From assembly GCA_964602975.1 (NCBI GenBank), contig CAZRTH010000004.1, positions 1-63,575 of the forward strand: a stretch of DNA of 63,575 bases. Direction: 5' to 3'. The notes below the pieces were generated by a model. It ran no database searches. It was not told the origin of the DNA and worked only from the letters and a program-made list of their open reading frames with translations. Positions within the stretch are counted from its first letter, which is position 1, and each line of letters begins with the position of its first letter. The position numbers and the translations under genes are program-made. This DNA comes from an uncultured Candidatus Saccharibacteria bacterium. Its GTDB lineage: Bacteria > Patescibacteriota > Minisyncoccia > Phycocordibacterales > JBBTRF01. Below are positions 42,256 to 50,808 of the stretch, piece by piece.

Positions 42256-43482
42256 ATGAAACTGTCTTTTTTCGGCCTCCGGAAAGGGCCAATCGTCGAT
42301 ACTGATCCAAAAAAGGTAAGGGAGATCCTCACTCGAGGCGTTGAAGACGTGTTCGTGAAGGAATCTCTGGAGAAAAAACTGCTCTCTGGAAAGCAACTAC
42401 GCGTCAAGCTTGGTATCGATCCAACCGGTCCAAAACTTCACATTGGCCGGGCGGCCGTGTTGCGGAAGCTACGAGCGTTTCAGGATCTCGGTCATCAGGT
42501 GGTTTTGATTGTCGGCGATTTCACCGCGCTCATTGGCGATCCTTCCGACAAGCTCGACAAACGGCCGATGCTTACGCCGGCGAAGATCAAGGAAAATTTG
42601 AAGGAGTACAAGAAGCAGATCGGCAAAATCGTCGACGTCGACAAAGCTGAGTTTGTATACAACAGCACCTGGCTCTCGAGGCTGGGCTTTGCCGAGATCG
42701 CCACCTTGGCCGAATCCTTCTCGATCCAGCAGATGTCCGCCCGACGTAATTTCAAAGACCGATTCGATCGCGGGGAAGAAGTGTCTTTGCGAGAGTTTCT
42801 CTATCCACTGATGCAGGGATACGATTCGGTGGCTGTCAGGGCAGACGTTGAGCTCGGCGGTTTTGATCAATTGTTCAATCTGAAAGCGGGCCGCGTCATC
42901 CAGAGGCACTATGGCCAAGAAGAGCAGGATGTGCTCACCACCGCGATGCTTGAGGGTACCGATGGCCGCAAAATGTCCACCAGTTGGGGCAATGTCATCA
43001 CCGTGATGGACGATGCAAACGACATGTTCGGCAAGGTGATGTCGGTGAAGGACGAACTGGTGTCAAAATATTTCTTGCTTTGCACCGATATGTCCACAGA
43101 GGAGATCAGTGCTGGTGAGGCAGAGGTGGCAAAAGGAGCCAGCCCTCGCGACCGAAAAGTACGCCTTGCCAAGGCCATTGTTGCTCTCTATCATGGCGAC
43201 AAAGCCGCCAATGCTGCTGAAGAGCGGTTCAATAAAGTATTTTCAGGCGGAGCAATGCCCGACGATGCGCCGGAGATATCTGTTGAGAAGGGAGCCATCC
43301 TCGCCGATGTGTTGGTGGCAAACAATGTCGTCGTTTCAAAATCCGATTGGCGACGGCTCGTCGATGGCGGCGGTGTTCATATGATGAGCGGGGGCAGTAT
43401 CACCGACCACCGCTTCGCTATATCCTCAGATCTCGATCTCAAGATTGGATCACGACGATTTATCAAGATTCGGGTGAAATAG
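42256..43482 (+). CDS. tyrS: Tyrosine--tRNA ligase
   Basis: 408 aa. HIGH-type motif (LHIGR), KMSKS-type motif (KMSTS) and a C-terminal S4-like domain. Confidence 0.85.
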   Translation: MKLSFFGLRKGPIVDTDPKKVREILTRGVEDVFVKESLEKKLLSGKQLRVKLGIDPTGPKLHIGRAAVLRKLRAFQDLGHQVVLIVGDFTALIGDPSDKLDKRPMLTPAKIKENLKEYKKQIGKIVDVDKAEFVYNSTWLSRLGFAEIATLAESFSIQQMSARRNFKDRFDRGEEVSLREFLYPLMQGYDSVAVRADVELGGFDQLFNLKAGRVIQRHYGQEEQDVLTTAMLEGTDGRKMSTSWGNVITVMDDANDMFGKVMSVKDELVSKYFLLCTDMSTEEISAGEAEVAKGASPRDRKVRLAKAIVALYHGDKAANAAEERFNKVFSGGAMPDDAPEISVEKGAILADVLVANNVVVSKSDWRRLVDGGGVHMMSGGSITDHRFAISSDLDLKIGSRRFIKIRVK

Positions 43483-43521
43483 TTTGTAAAACAAGAACGA
43501 GAAATTGTCTCGCGCCTGTTT

Positions 43522-43782
43522 TTACCACTCTTCTTCCTCGTCATCCATATCCGGCGAAAAGTTTTCCTCGGTGATCTCATCGAGCGTTTCCTCCGATAGT
43601 GCCGCCTCAGGATCCTCCACTTTCTCTTCAACTTCTTCAAGCACTTTTTCCACCTCTTTGCTCAAGGGCACAACAGCGTCATCCTCTTTTTTCTTCTCTG
43701 GTTTTTTCGAAATAGGCTTTACGAGGGCCTTTGCCGGAGCCTTTATCCTCGCCGTCATTGTCCTGCTGGATTTCTTCGCCAT
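43522..43782 (-). CDS. Hypothetical protein with basic N-terminus and very acidic C-terminus
   Basis: 86 aa with a KKPEKKKED centre and an EENFSPDMDDEEEEW end. Preferred over the antisense Ser-rich ORF, but the low complexity makes this uncertain. Confidence 0.35.
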   Translation of the reverse strand: MAKKSSRTMTARIKAPAKALVKPISKKPEKKKEDDAVVPLSKEVEKVLEEVEEKVEDPEAALSEETLDEITEENFSPDMDDEEEEW

Positions 43783-43914
43783 GCGATTTCGCTTCTTAGT
43801 GTGATGATTAAGATTCGGTATGCCTTGCGAGATATTATTAACAAACCAATATATTTTGCAAGCCGGCTTTTGAGAAGCTGTGGATAATCGGCTATCACCG
43901 ACCGCTCGGGGTAG

Positions 43915-44427
43915 CTAGGCCCGATATGAGGCGAGACAGGTAATGGCGCAGGCGATTGCGTCATATTCGTCATCATGCTCGATATCTTTGGCAATCTTGA
44001 TGAGCTTGGGGATCATGCTTGTCACCTGCTTCTTATCGCTCTTGCCATAGCCGGTGACAGCGTTTTTGATCTGATTGGGGCCATATTCAGCGACAGGGAG
44101 GCCGTGGCGAGCTGCTTCGTAGACGATTACTCCACGAGCCTCCGCCACATTCATTGCCGTCTTTTGGTTGTTGGTGAAAAAGAGCGTTTCGATCGCCAGA
44201 ACTGTCGGCTCGAATTCCTCAATGACTCGTGTGATCTCTTCGCCAAGCGCGCGCAGACGCACTGAGAAAGCGGCTTTGGCAGAAGTTTGGAAACACTCTG
44301 AAAAGAGCAGCATGTCTTTGCCGCGCATTGGGCCGTCTGTCACGCGTTCAGCTACGGCGATGCCGAGGCGTTCATACCCAGGGTCGATGGCAAGGACGCG
44401 CAAAGGTTTTGTGTTCGCATCGGCCAT
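43915..44427 (-). CDS. ruvC: Crossover junction endodeoxyribonuclease RuvC
   Basis: LRVLAIDPGYERLGIAV N-terminal catalytic motif. Start set at the ATG at 44427, 1 nt after the yebC stop. Confidence 0.88.
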   Translation of the reverse strand: MADANTKPLRVLAIDPGYERLGIAVAERVTDGPMRGKDMLLFSECFQTSAKAAFSVRLRALGEEITRVIEEFEPTVLAIETLFFTNNQKTAMNVAEARGVIVYEAARHGLPVAEYGPNQIKNAVTGYGKSDKKQVTSMIPKLIKIAKDIEHDDEYDAIACAITCLASYRA

Positions 44428-44428
44428 G

Positions 44429-44974
44429 TTATTCGGCATTAGTGAATACCTCCTGTACCTCATCATTCTCCTCAAGCGCCTCGGTGAGGGCAACGAGCTT
44501 GGCACCATCTTCTTCGGAGAGGGGAATGGTGGTGGTTGGATTCCAGATCTCGTGGCCATCTTCTGCACGAGTTTTTTCAAATGCCCAATTTGCCGAGCCG
44601 ATTCCCGCCAGCTCAAAACCGTGGTCAGAGAGAATGTGCTTCACTTCCTGCGCGGCTTTGTTGCGATTGTCGGTGAGAGTCTCGATGATCATGGCGCAGC
44701 CGCCAGGGCCGTATGCTTCGTAGACGATATGTTCCATAACCCCGCCGCCAGCCTCCGTGGCCTTCTTGATCGCCCGATCGATGTTGTCGTTCGGCATGTT
44801 GGCAGCGCGAGCGCGCTCGATCACCGCCTTCACATTTGGTGCATCTTTCTTGCCCCCAGCCTTCTTGGCCTCGACGGTGAGTAGGCGCGCGTACTTGGTG
44901 AAGGCGCGACTTTTCTGAGCATCGGTCTTGCCCTTCTTCTCTTTGATCTGTTTCCATTTGTTGTGACCAGACAT
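44429..44974 (-). CDS. yebC: YebC/PmpR-family transcriptional regulator (short form)
   Basis: MSGHNKWKQIKEKKGKTDAQKSRAF N-terminus. 181 aa, shorter than the usual ~240. Confidence 0.85.
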   Translation of the reverse strand: MSGHNKWKQIKEKKGKTDAQKSRAFTKYARLLTVEAKKAGGKKDAPNVKAVIERARAANMPNDNIDRAIKKATEAGGGVMEHIVYEAYGPGGCAMIIETLTDNRNKAAQEVKHILSDHGFELAGIGSANWAFEKTRAEDGHEIWNPTTTIPLSEEDGAKLVALTEALEENDEVQEVFTNAE

Positions 44975-45089
44975 GCGTGTATTGTACCGAAGTTTTATCA
45001 GCAGCTACTATTGACAAAGCTCTCTCTCTGAGGCAATCTTCTGCCTAGAAAGGGTTCCTGAGCATAACAACAGGAACAATCGTTTGACT

Positions 45090-45515
45090 ATGAGTGCTAC
45101 CCGCAGACGCACCTCATCAGGTGCCACCGTGATTGACTACAACCGCCGCCAGGCCTTCGGGCTCACTGAGCCGGACCCACTGCCGCAAAACACAGTCGTT
45201 CTTCGTCATCGCGGCTTCGGCCCCGAAATCTCCCAGCCCTGTCACGGTGCCACCGGTTGGACCGAGGACGGTGAGCGCGTGATCTTCGCCAAAAGCTTCA
45301 CTTTCCTGCCCACCCACCACAACGGTGTCGAAACGGTTCATGTCCGCCAGGGCTGGTATCTCGAGGAAAAATACCGGGTCCTGAAGGTCGTGTGCACCGG
45401 CCGCATCGATTGGCGTGTTGCCACGCTGGACATGAGCGAAGCGATCACTCTGGCGCGGCTCGCGCAGGAAGCCGAGGAACGGCGAAGGATGATGTCCCGG
45501 ATGACCAACTGGTAG
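45090..45515 (+). CDS. Hypothetical protein in a visibly GC-richer segment
   Basis: 141 aa from the ATG at 45090 (the tracked ORF uses TTG at 45084). I recognise no motif. A strong terminator follows. Confidence 0.5.
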   Translation: MSATRRRTSSGATVIDYNRRQAFGLTEPDPLPQNTVVLRHRGFGPEISQPCHGATGWTEDGERVIFAKSFTFLPTHHNGVETVHVRQGWYLEEKYRVLKVVCTGRIDWRVATLDMSEAITLARLAQEAEERRRMMSRMTNW

Positions 45516-45560
45516 GTCTCGTGCCGGCTCCGTTACTAAGCCTCAACATCTCATCTCTCG

Positions 45561-45587
45561 AATCTCCGCGCCGGGCGGGGATTTTTT
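45561..45587 (+). terminator. Rho-independent terminator
   Basis: AATCTCCGC-gccgg-GCGGGGATT followed by TTTTTT. Confidence 0.7.
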
Positions 45588-45631
45588 AGTACAAACCTTG
45601 CTTTTTTCACCCCGAGGCGTATTATTTTGGC

Positions 45632-45922
45632 ATGTCTATAGAAACACAAATGCCAGCAATGGAATCGGAGCCAGAGCAGATTGCATATGCAAAAAACGAG
45701 GCTCTTGTCGCTGAAGCGAAAGGCTTTGAGAGTTTAGCGGCCGCGATTACAAAAATCGGACCATTCGAATCTTCCGGCGCTCAGAGAACGCCGGAAGAGA
45801 TCATCGCTAAGATCAACTCTCTGGAAAACGCTCCGGATGAAAAAGAAATAGGAAGTATTCTTCAAACTATTCCGCGCAAATTCGGCATTCGCGGCAAAGT
45901 CATGGACATCATGGGTTTGTAG
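45632..45922 (+). CDS. Hypothetical protein
   Basis: 96-aa ORF, acidic. I recognise no motif. Confidence 0.45.
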   Translation: MSIETQMPAMESEPEQIAYAKNEALVAEAKGFESLAAAITKIGPFESSGAQRTPEEIIAKINSLENAPDEKEIGSILQTIPRKFGIRGKVMDIMGL

Positions 45923-46138
45923 CAATACAAATTAGACGGCGCGTTGAGGCAAGTAAAAAAAGTTTCGCTGGAAGAAAAAAGTTGTCCACATACGGACGGC
46001 TTTTTTCATTGTACTTTCGCAGATTGAGCGCATAATGAAGCGAGTCAATGTAATGTGTTTTTGCGCGACGGCGCGAGGTCGAAAAAATACGTTATACACT
46101 TTTATAGGAAAATTCATTTCTCAGATATTCATACTCAC

Positions 46139-46234
46139 ATGGCAAAAAAGCGAAAGGCTGTAAAGCGAACCAAGAAGACCGCGAAGCGATCGACCAAGCG
46201 CAAGGCAGCGAAGAAGACTTCAAAGCGACGCTAA
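46139..46234 (+). CDS. Hypothetical ultra-basic 31-aa peptide
   Basis: Not in the ORF track. MAKKRKAVKRTKKTAKRSTKRKAAKKTSKRR: 18 of 31 residues are K or R. A hairpin plus T-run follows at about 46262-46291. Confidence 0.35.
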   Translation: MAKKRKAVKRTKKTAKRSTKRKAAKKTSKRR

Positions 46235-46298
46235 CTTCGAGAGGGAATAGCCCTCAAGAAACAAAAAACACCGGTAATACGGCGTTTTTTTGTTTATG

Positions 46299-46327
46299 TT
46301 GACAGTAGTTCTTCACTCGGCTATACT
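46299..46327 (+). promoter_or_regulatory. Sigma70-type promoter of the RHH-RelE pair
   Basis: TTGACA (46299-46304), 17-nt spacer, TATACT (46322-46327), about 35 nt upstream of the antitoxin ATG. Confidence 0.6.
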
Positions 46328-46361
46328 TACATTGTATTACAAACTATACACAATATATTAC

Positions 46362-46577
46362 ATGCGAACCGTACTCAACATTTCTCTCCCAAACGATCTA
46401 GCGAAAGAAGTTCGACGGGAGGTAAAAAACGCAGGCTTTGCTTCAACAAGCGAATTCATTCGTCACCTTATTCGTCTGTGGAATACCGAAAAGCTGGCGT
46501 TGCAGCTGAAACATGACAAAGCGAGATTTGAAAAAAGAAAGGGCAAAACGCTCCGTTCCTTTGCTTCGCTTCGATAA
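46362..46577 (+). CDS. Ribbon-helix-helix (CopG-like) antitoxin
   Basis: 71 aa. MRTVLNISLPNDLAKEVRREVKNAGFASTSEFIRHLIR is the RHH beta-strand/helix pattern. Start set at the ATG at 46362. Confidence 0.7.
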   Translation: MRTVLNISLPNDLAKEVRREVKNAGFASTSEFIRHLIRLWNTEKLALQLKHDKARFEKRKGKTLRSFASLR

Positions 46578-46597
46578 TACCGAAATATTTTCTAGCA

Positions 46598-46858
46598 ATG
46601 CTAATTCTCCTGTATTCGCCTCGATTTGCACGACATTATAAAAAGCTGTCGACAGAGATCAAAGATCTAGCGGAGAGGAAGGAATTAGTCTTTAGAAAAG
46701 ATCCATTTGATAAGTCGTTAAAAACCCACAAATTGCAAGGCCCGCTTGAGGGATTTTACGCGTTTTCAATCACATCTGAATATCGGATCATCTTTGACTT
46801 CCTCAACAAAAACACAATACGTCTTTACGACATCGGTAACCACGATATATATTACTGA
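46598..46858 (+). CDS. RelE/ParE-family toxin
   Basis: 86 aa. KTHKLQGPLEGFYAFSITSEYRIIFDF...IRLYDIGNHDIYY matches the RelE/YafQ-type layout. It lies 20 nt after the antitoxin. Confidence 0.75.
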   Translation: MLILLYSPRFARHYKKLSTEIKDLAERKELVFRKDPFDKSLKTHKLQGPLEGFYAFSITSEYRIIFDFLNKNTIRLYDIGNHDIYY

Positions 46859-46873
46859 TTCTGCCTCGTCGGT

Positions 46874-47884
46874 CTAAAGTAACTTTCCCGAAGCCTTCAG
46901 ACCAAGATGCTCATGCGCTTTGCTAGTGGCGATGCGGCCGCGCGGAGTACGCTCGATGAATCCGAGCTGGAGCAGGTAGGGTTCATGCACCTCTTCGATG
47001 GTCGCTTCTTCCTCGGAGAGCGCGGCCGCGAGCGTGTTGAGGCCCACAGGGCCGCCATTGAATTTCTCGATCAAGACGGTGAGCACGGCGCGATCAGAGG
47101 GGAGGAGGCCGATATGATCGACACCGAGCAAATCGAGTGCCTTCTTCACCACACCCGCATCAAGCCTGCCCTTTTTCACTTGAGCAAAATCTCGGCAGCG
47201 TTTGAGCAGATAATTGGCGGTACGCGGCGTGAAGCGGCTGCGCTTGGCGATTTCCGTGATCGCGGCCGGCTCGATCTCCACTCCGAGGATCTTCGCGGAG
47301 CGCTTCACGATCTCCTCGATCTCGTGCTGAGTATAGAACTCGAGACGGAAGGTGCCACCGCTGAAGCGAGAGCGAAGCGGCGAGGAGAGCATGGCGATGC
47401 GTGTGGTGGCGGCGATGAGCGTGAAAGCCGGCAGCTCAAGCTGTATGGTGCGTGCCGAAGGTCCTTTGCCGATGATGATGTCGAGCGAACCCGATTCCAT
47501 GGCAGGGTAGAGGATCTCTTCGATGGAACGATTCAACCGATGGATCTCATCGACAAAGAGAATGTCGCCGGCCGAAAGGTTGGTCAAAATAGAGGCCAGA
47601 TCACCGACCTTTTCGATCGCTGGACCGGAGGTCACCTTCATCTGAGCGTTCATCTCCTTGGAGATGAGGTGGGCGAGAGTGGTCTTGCCGAGCCCTGGCG
47701 GGCCGTAAAAGAGAATGTGCTCCGGCGGATGGTTACGCTCACGAGCAGCAGTCAGCAGGATGCTGAGATTCTCCTTGATATTTTTCTGACCAATGTAATC
47801 ATCCCACTGCGATGGGCGCAAAGTCTGGTCGAGAAAACTCTCGTCGGCAGGTACTGCGGCAGCAGTCTCTTCATTCTTCAGCAT
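46874..47884 (-). CDS. ruvB: Holliday junction branch migration helicase RuvB
   Basis: Walker [12 protein letters not shown] and Walker [10 protein letters not shown]. Start at the ATG at 47884 puts the P-loop at the usual distance from the N-terminus; the tracked ORF extends to 47956. Confidence 0.9.
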   Translation of the reverse strand: MLKNEETAAAVPADESFLDQTLRPSQWDDYIGQKNIKENLSILLTAARERNHPPEHILFYGPPGLGKTTLAHLISKEMNAQMKVTSGPAIEKVGDLASILTNLSAGDILFVDEIHRLNRSIEEILYPAMESGSLDIIIGKGPSARTIQLELPAFTLIAATTRIAMLSSPLRSRFSGGTFRLEFYTQHEIEEIVKRSAKILGVEIEPAAITEIAKRSRFTPRTANYLLKRCRDFAQVKKGRLDAGVVKKALDLLGVDHIGLLPSDRAVLTVLIEKFNGGPVGLNTLAAALSEEEATIEEVHEPYLLQLGFIERTPRGRIATSKAHEHLGLKASGKLL

Positions 47885-47995
47885 GGCTCCATTATAGCGC
47901 CTTTTCAGCCTGTCAGCCTTTACTTTTTGATAGATTCTGTTACTCTTAGGAGCCATCGCTTGACGGGATAGGTAGCAAAAAGAGGTTGAAAATAC

Positions 47996-48024
47996 TTGAC
48001 ATTTTACCCCTTTTGTGCTAGACT
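47996..48024 (+). promoter_or_regulatory. Near-consensus sigma70 promoter with no CDS downstream
   Basis: TTGACA (47996-48001), 17-nt spacer, TAGACT (48019-48024). Confidence 0.6.
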
Positions 48025-48030
48025 TGTCAC

Positions 48031-48269
48031 TGAAGCAGACGGAGATACGGATCTGATTGAAAGAGAAAGGAACGAAAAAAGCCCAAAACAGGGCCTTTTT
48101 TCACGAGTTCCAGCATAGTAATCTCTAAGCAATATGCCTGCAAGGGTTTAGTAGTTTCTCGCCAAGGATGTTCTGGCTCCGGCTGTGACTCTCCTTAGTC
48201 GCTTAACTTGGCTTTTCGTCTAGTATGAAAAGCATTGCTTAGAGATTACTGCGCTCGAATTCCTTTTTC
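48031..48269 (+). ncRNA. Candidate ncRNA: purine-rich 5' part plus a ~160-nt long imperfect hairpin; class unknown
   Basis: No ORF is present. A weak hairpin GCCC-aaaaca-GGGC sits at 48081-48094. A perfect 17-bp inverted repeat AGTAATCTCTAAGCAAT (48117-48133) pairs with 48234-48250 and extends to about 30 imperfect bp. A TTTTT run lies at 48264-48268 immediately after the 3' arm. Confidence 0.45.
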
Positions 48270-48365
48270 TGCCACCATCTTATCGTACATATTTGTTCCC
48301 GCAACTTCCATTTCGAAAAAAATGTGTTGCGGTTTTCGCTGCACGAAGCGCTCCCCTAAAAGTTT

Positions 48366-50063
48366 CTAAAACTCGTCGAACAGATCGATCACTCGAGACA
48401 ATTCTTCGAGTGAGGTAACGCCGCGTAACATTTTCAACACACCGTCCTGTCGCATGTCGAGCATTCCTTGGGGCAGGGCGGCCTTTTTGATCTCTCGTTC
48501 GCTCGGATTGGCGATCACCGCTTTCTCCACCGCTTCGCTACGCAAAATGCCCTCATAGATACCGATGCGACCTTTATATCCGGTCATATTGCATTGAGCG
48601 CAGCCAGCCGGTAGCCATTGCTTGGTCGCGTCGATATTTTCTTTGGTCAAAGCTTCTCGATATGACGGATCGGCGATATTCGCAAGCGTCTTCGCCACAA
48701 GCCCCGCATTTTCGGCGTCGAGCGGCGCCTGTTTTTTACACGAAGAACAAAGTACGCGCACCAATCGCTGTGCCAATGCGATATTCACCGCCGAGGTGAT
48801 GATCTTTGGATTTACTCCGAGGTCGATCAGGCGGGGGAAGGTTCCCGCCGCGCTGTTGGTGTGCAAAGTCGAGAACACCAGGTGTCCGGTCTGAGCGGAA
48901 TTCACCGCGATCTTTGCTGTTTCGTTGTCTCGAATTTCACCGACCATGATCACGTCTGGGTCTTGGCGCAGGGCGGCACGCAACCCATTGAGAAAGTCAT
49001 ATCCCTTGTCCGACTCCACTTGGGTCTGCACAATGCCCGGCAAGTGATACTCGATCGGATCTTCGATAGTGATGATCTTGATCTCCGGCTTGCTCACAGT
49101 ACGCAAAAAGGCATACAGCGTCGTGGTTTTTCCGGATCCAGTCGGACCAGTGGTGAGGATCATTCCCTCTGGGCGGTCGATCTCGCGCTTCAGGATAGCG
49201 AGTAGTTTCGAATCGATCCCCATGCTCTCTAGCGGCACCGAAATACTTTTTGGATTGAGGATACGCATCACGATAGACTCGCTGTACGATCCCGGCAGCA
49301 CCGACACACGGATCTCGATCTCACTTTCGTTTAACTTCACACTGATGCGTCCATCCTGCGCGTCGTTTTTGATATTGAGCTTCATTCCTGAGAGCAGCTT
49401 CACTCGAGAGAGAAGCAAATGGTATGTCTCGTGGTCGATCGACAACACATTGCTCAACACGCCGTCGAGTCGCAGGCGCAAACGAATAAAATCTTCTTCC
49501 GGCTCGAGGTGAATATCCGAAGCACCCGTTGCCAATGCACCGGCAAGGATGATCTCGAATATTTTTGAGATTCGGAAACCCTTATTTTGCGAAAGCACGT
49601 CCGTCACTGTTTTTTTTACATCGCCGATCGTCTGTACCTTTGAGAGCATCTCGGCGATCTCTTCATTTGACACCTCAAGCGAGCCAGCTTTCGTCTCAGA
49701 AGCGAAGGAGAGGTCTTTGTACATCTCCCACGCGCGAGTGAGGCTGTTGATCGATGCTACTGATTGGGTCACCTTGTATCCTTTTTGCTCGAGTTCGCCA
49801 ATGAGGGCGATAGTGGCGTCATTTTTAGGCGAAAGGACAGCGAGGTCGAGGCGCTTGTCCACACGATTGTACGCAGCGCATTTTGCTGTGCGTGCTTTTG
49901 CTTCCTCAATCACTCGCAGTGCGTCGCTGTTGATAGGGATTTGGGAAAAGTTTACATACAAAAGGCCGTATCGAGTGGCAAGCATTTGAGCCAACTCCTC
50001 TTCTTCGGCGGAGTAGAGGTCTTTTACCTTCTTGTTCTGCTTGTCTTCGTCGAACTGGATCAT
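48366..50063 (-). CDS. pilB: GspE/PilB-family secretion ATPase (type IV pilus assembly ATPase-like)
   Basis: 565 aa. Walker A GPTGSGKTTT, Walker B/Asp box DPDVIMVGEIRD, His box GHLVFSTLHTN and a tetracysteine motif (CSSCKK...CAQCNMTGYKGR). Confidence 0.88.
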   Translation of the reverse strand: MIQFDEDKQNKKVKDLYSAEEEELAQMLATRYGLLYVNFSQIPINSDALRVIEEAKARTAKCAAYNRVDKRLDLAVLSPKNDATIALIGELEQKGYKVTQSVASINSLTRAWEMYKDLSFASETKAGSLEVSNEEIAEMLSKVQTIGDVKKTVTDVLSQNKGFRISKIFEIILAGALATGASDIHLEPEEDFIRLRLRLDGVLSNVLSIDHETYHLLLSRVKLLSGMKLNIKNDAQDGRISVKLNESEIEIRVSVLPGSYSESIVMRILNPKSISVPLESMGIDSKLLAILKREIDRPEGMILTTGPTGSGKTTTLYAFLRTVSKPEIKIITIEDPIEYHLPGIVQTQVESDKGYDFLNGLRAALRQDPDVIMVGEIRDNETAKIAVNSAQTGHLVFSTLHTNSAAGTFPRLIDLGVNPKIITSAVNIALAQRLVRVLCSSCKKQAPLDAENAGLVAKTLANIADPSYREALTKENIDATKQWLPAGCAQCNMTGYKGRIGIYEGILRSEAVEKAVIANPSEREIKKAALPQGMLDMRQDGVLKMLRGVTSLEELSRVIDLFDEF

Positions 50064-50139
50064 GCCTATCAGTATACCTGCAATGGGTGTCGAAATCGAG
50101 GGAAAATAGGGGATTTCTAGGCAAATTATACGTAAATCA

Positions 50140-50169
50140 TTGACTTTTTGGTGCTAAGTGTGGTATAAT
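50140..50169 (+). promoter_or_regulatory. Sigma70 promoter with extended -10
   Basis: TTGACT (50140-50145), 18-nt spacer ending in TGG, TATAAT (50164-50169). Confidence 0.6.
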
Positions 50170-50193
50170 TGTTTTAGCTTAGAAAGGCCCTTT

Positions 50194-50748
50194 ATGAACA
50201 CAAAAACTTGGTCGCTCCGTCCGCTCCGTCCGCTCCTGCCGCTTTTGGCCGCAGGACTCGCTCTGCTCTTCGGCATTGGGTGCAGCACCCTCCCAGAGCG
50301 GCTCTACAGCATCACGCAAGCGCCGGACGGGAAGTTTTACACCCCTACCGGCGAACAACGCCTCCCGTCCCATGCGACAGTGAAGGTCGAGAACACGCTC
50401 GACAAAACGACGCTGGCGATCTTCGCTCGAGAAGACAAGATCATCACCATTGTGCCTCCGCACGAAATTCGAACGGTCCACGTTGAGCTCGACTACTATC
50501 AACAGGACTACCATCTGATCCTCTTCGCCAAGCCGAGTGAGGATATGGCGGGGAAGGAATTGGCCAAGGGATCCTTCCGTTTCTCGAACTACAGATACTA
50601 CGATGCGGTCTACGGCCAGAACTTCGGAGCCGTCCGACCGGAAACAAAGGTCTGGGTGATTCGGAGGAACGATTTCACCCCTCAGAAATCCTACAGGTCG
50701 TCGAGCGTCGGCAATAACTCCACGATTGGTCTCGGTTGGTTCCGCTAG
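50194..50748 (+). CDS. Hypothetical lipoprotein in a visibly GC-richer segment
   Basis: Start at the ATG at 50194. Signal peptide with lipobox LLFGIGC. A tandem CGCTCCGTC repeat encodes LRPLRPL. I recognise no motif in the mature part. Confidence 0.6.
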   Translation: MNTKTWSLRPLRPLLPLLAAGLALLFGIGCSTLPERLYSITQAPDGKFYTPTGEQRLPSHATVKVENTLDKTTLAIFAREDKIITIVPPHEIRTVHVELDYYQQDYHLILFAKPSEDMAGKELAKGSFRFSNYRYYDAVYGQNFGAVRPETKVWVIRRNDFTPQKSYRSSSVGNNSTIGLGWFR

Positions 50749-50752
50749 CCCC

Positions 50753-50793
50753 GCCGGGCGCCCGCAAATTGTTTGCGCGGGCGCCCGGCTTTT
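50753..50793 (+). terminator. Strong GC-rich rho-independent terminator
   Basis: Perfect 13-bp stem GCCGGGCGCCCGC / GCGGGCGCCCGGC with an 11-nt loop, followed by TTTT. Confidence 0.75.
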
Positions 50794-50808
50794 ACTATAC
50801 TTGGCTGA

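Noticed and set aside
43505-43804. 99-aa Ser-rich plus-strand ORF
   Set aside because: It is antisense to the acidic 86-aa ORF. Both are low complexity, so the choice is uncertain. The plus ORF lacks an ATG context and would overlap the tyrS terminator region.
46907-47971. 354-aa plus-strand ORF
   Set aside because: It is antisense to ruvB, which has unambiguous Walker A/B motifs. The shadow ORF has no motifs and is Arg/Gly/Leu-rich.
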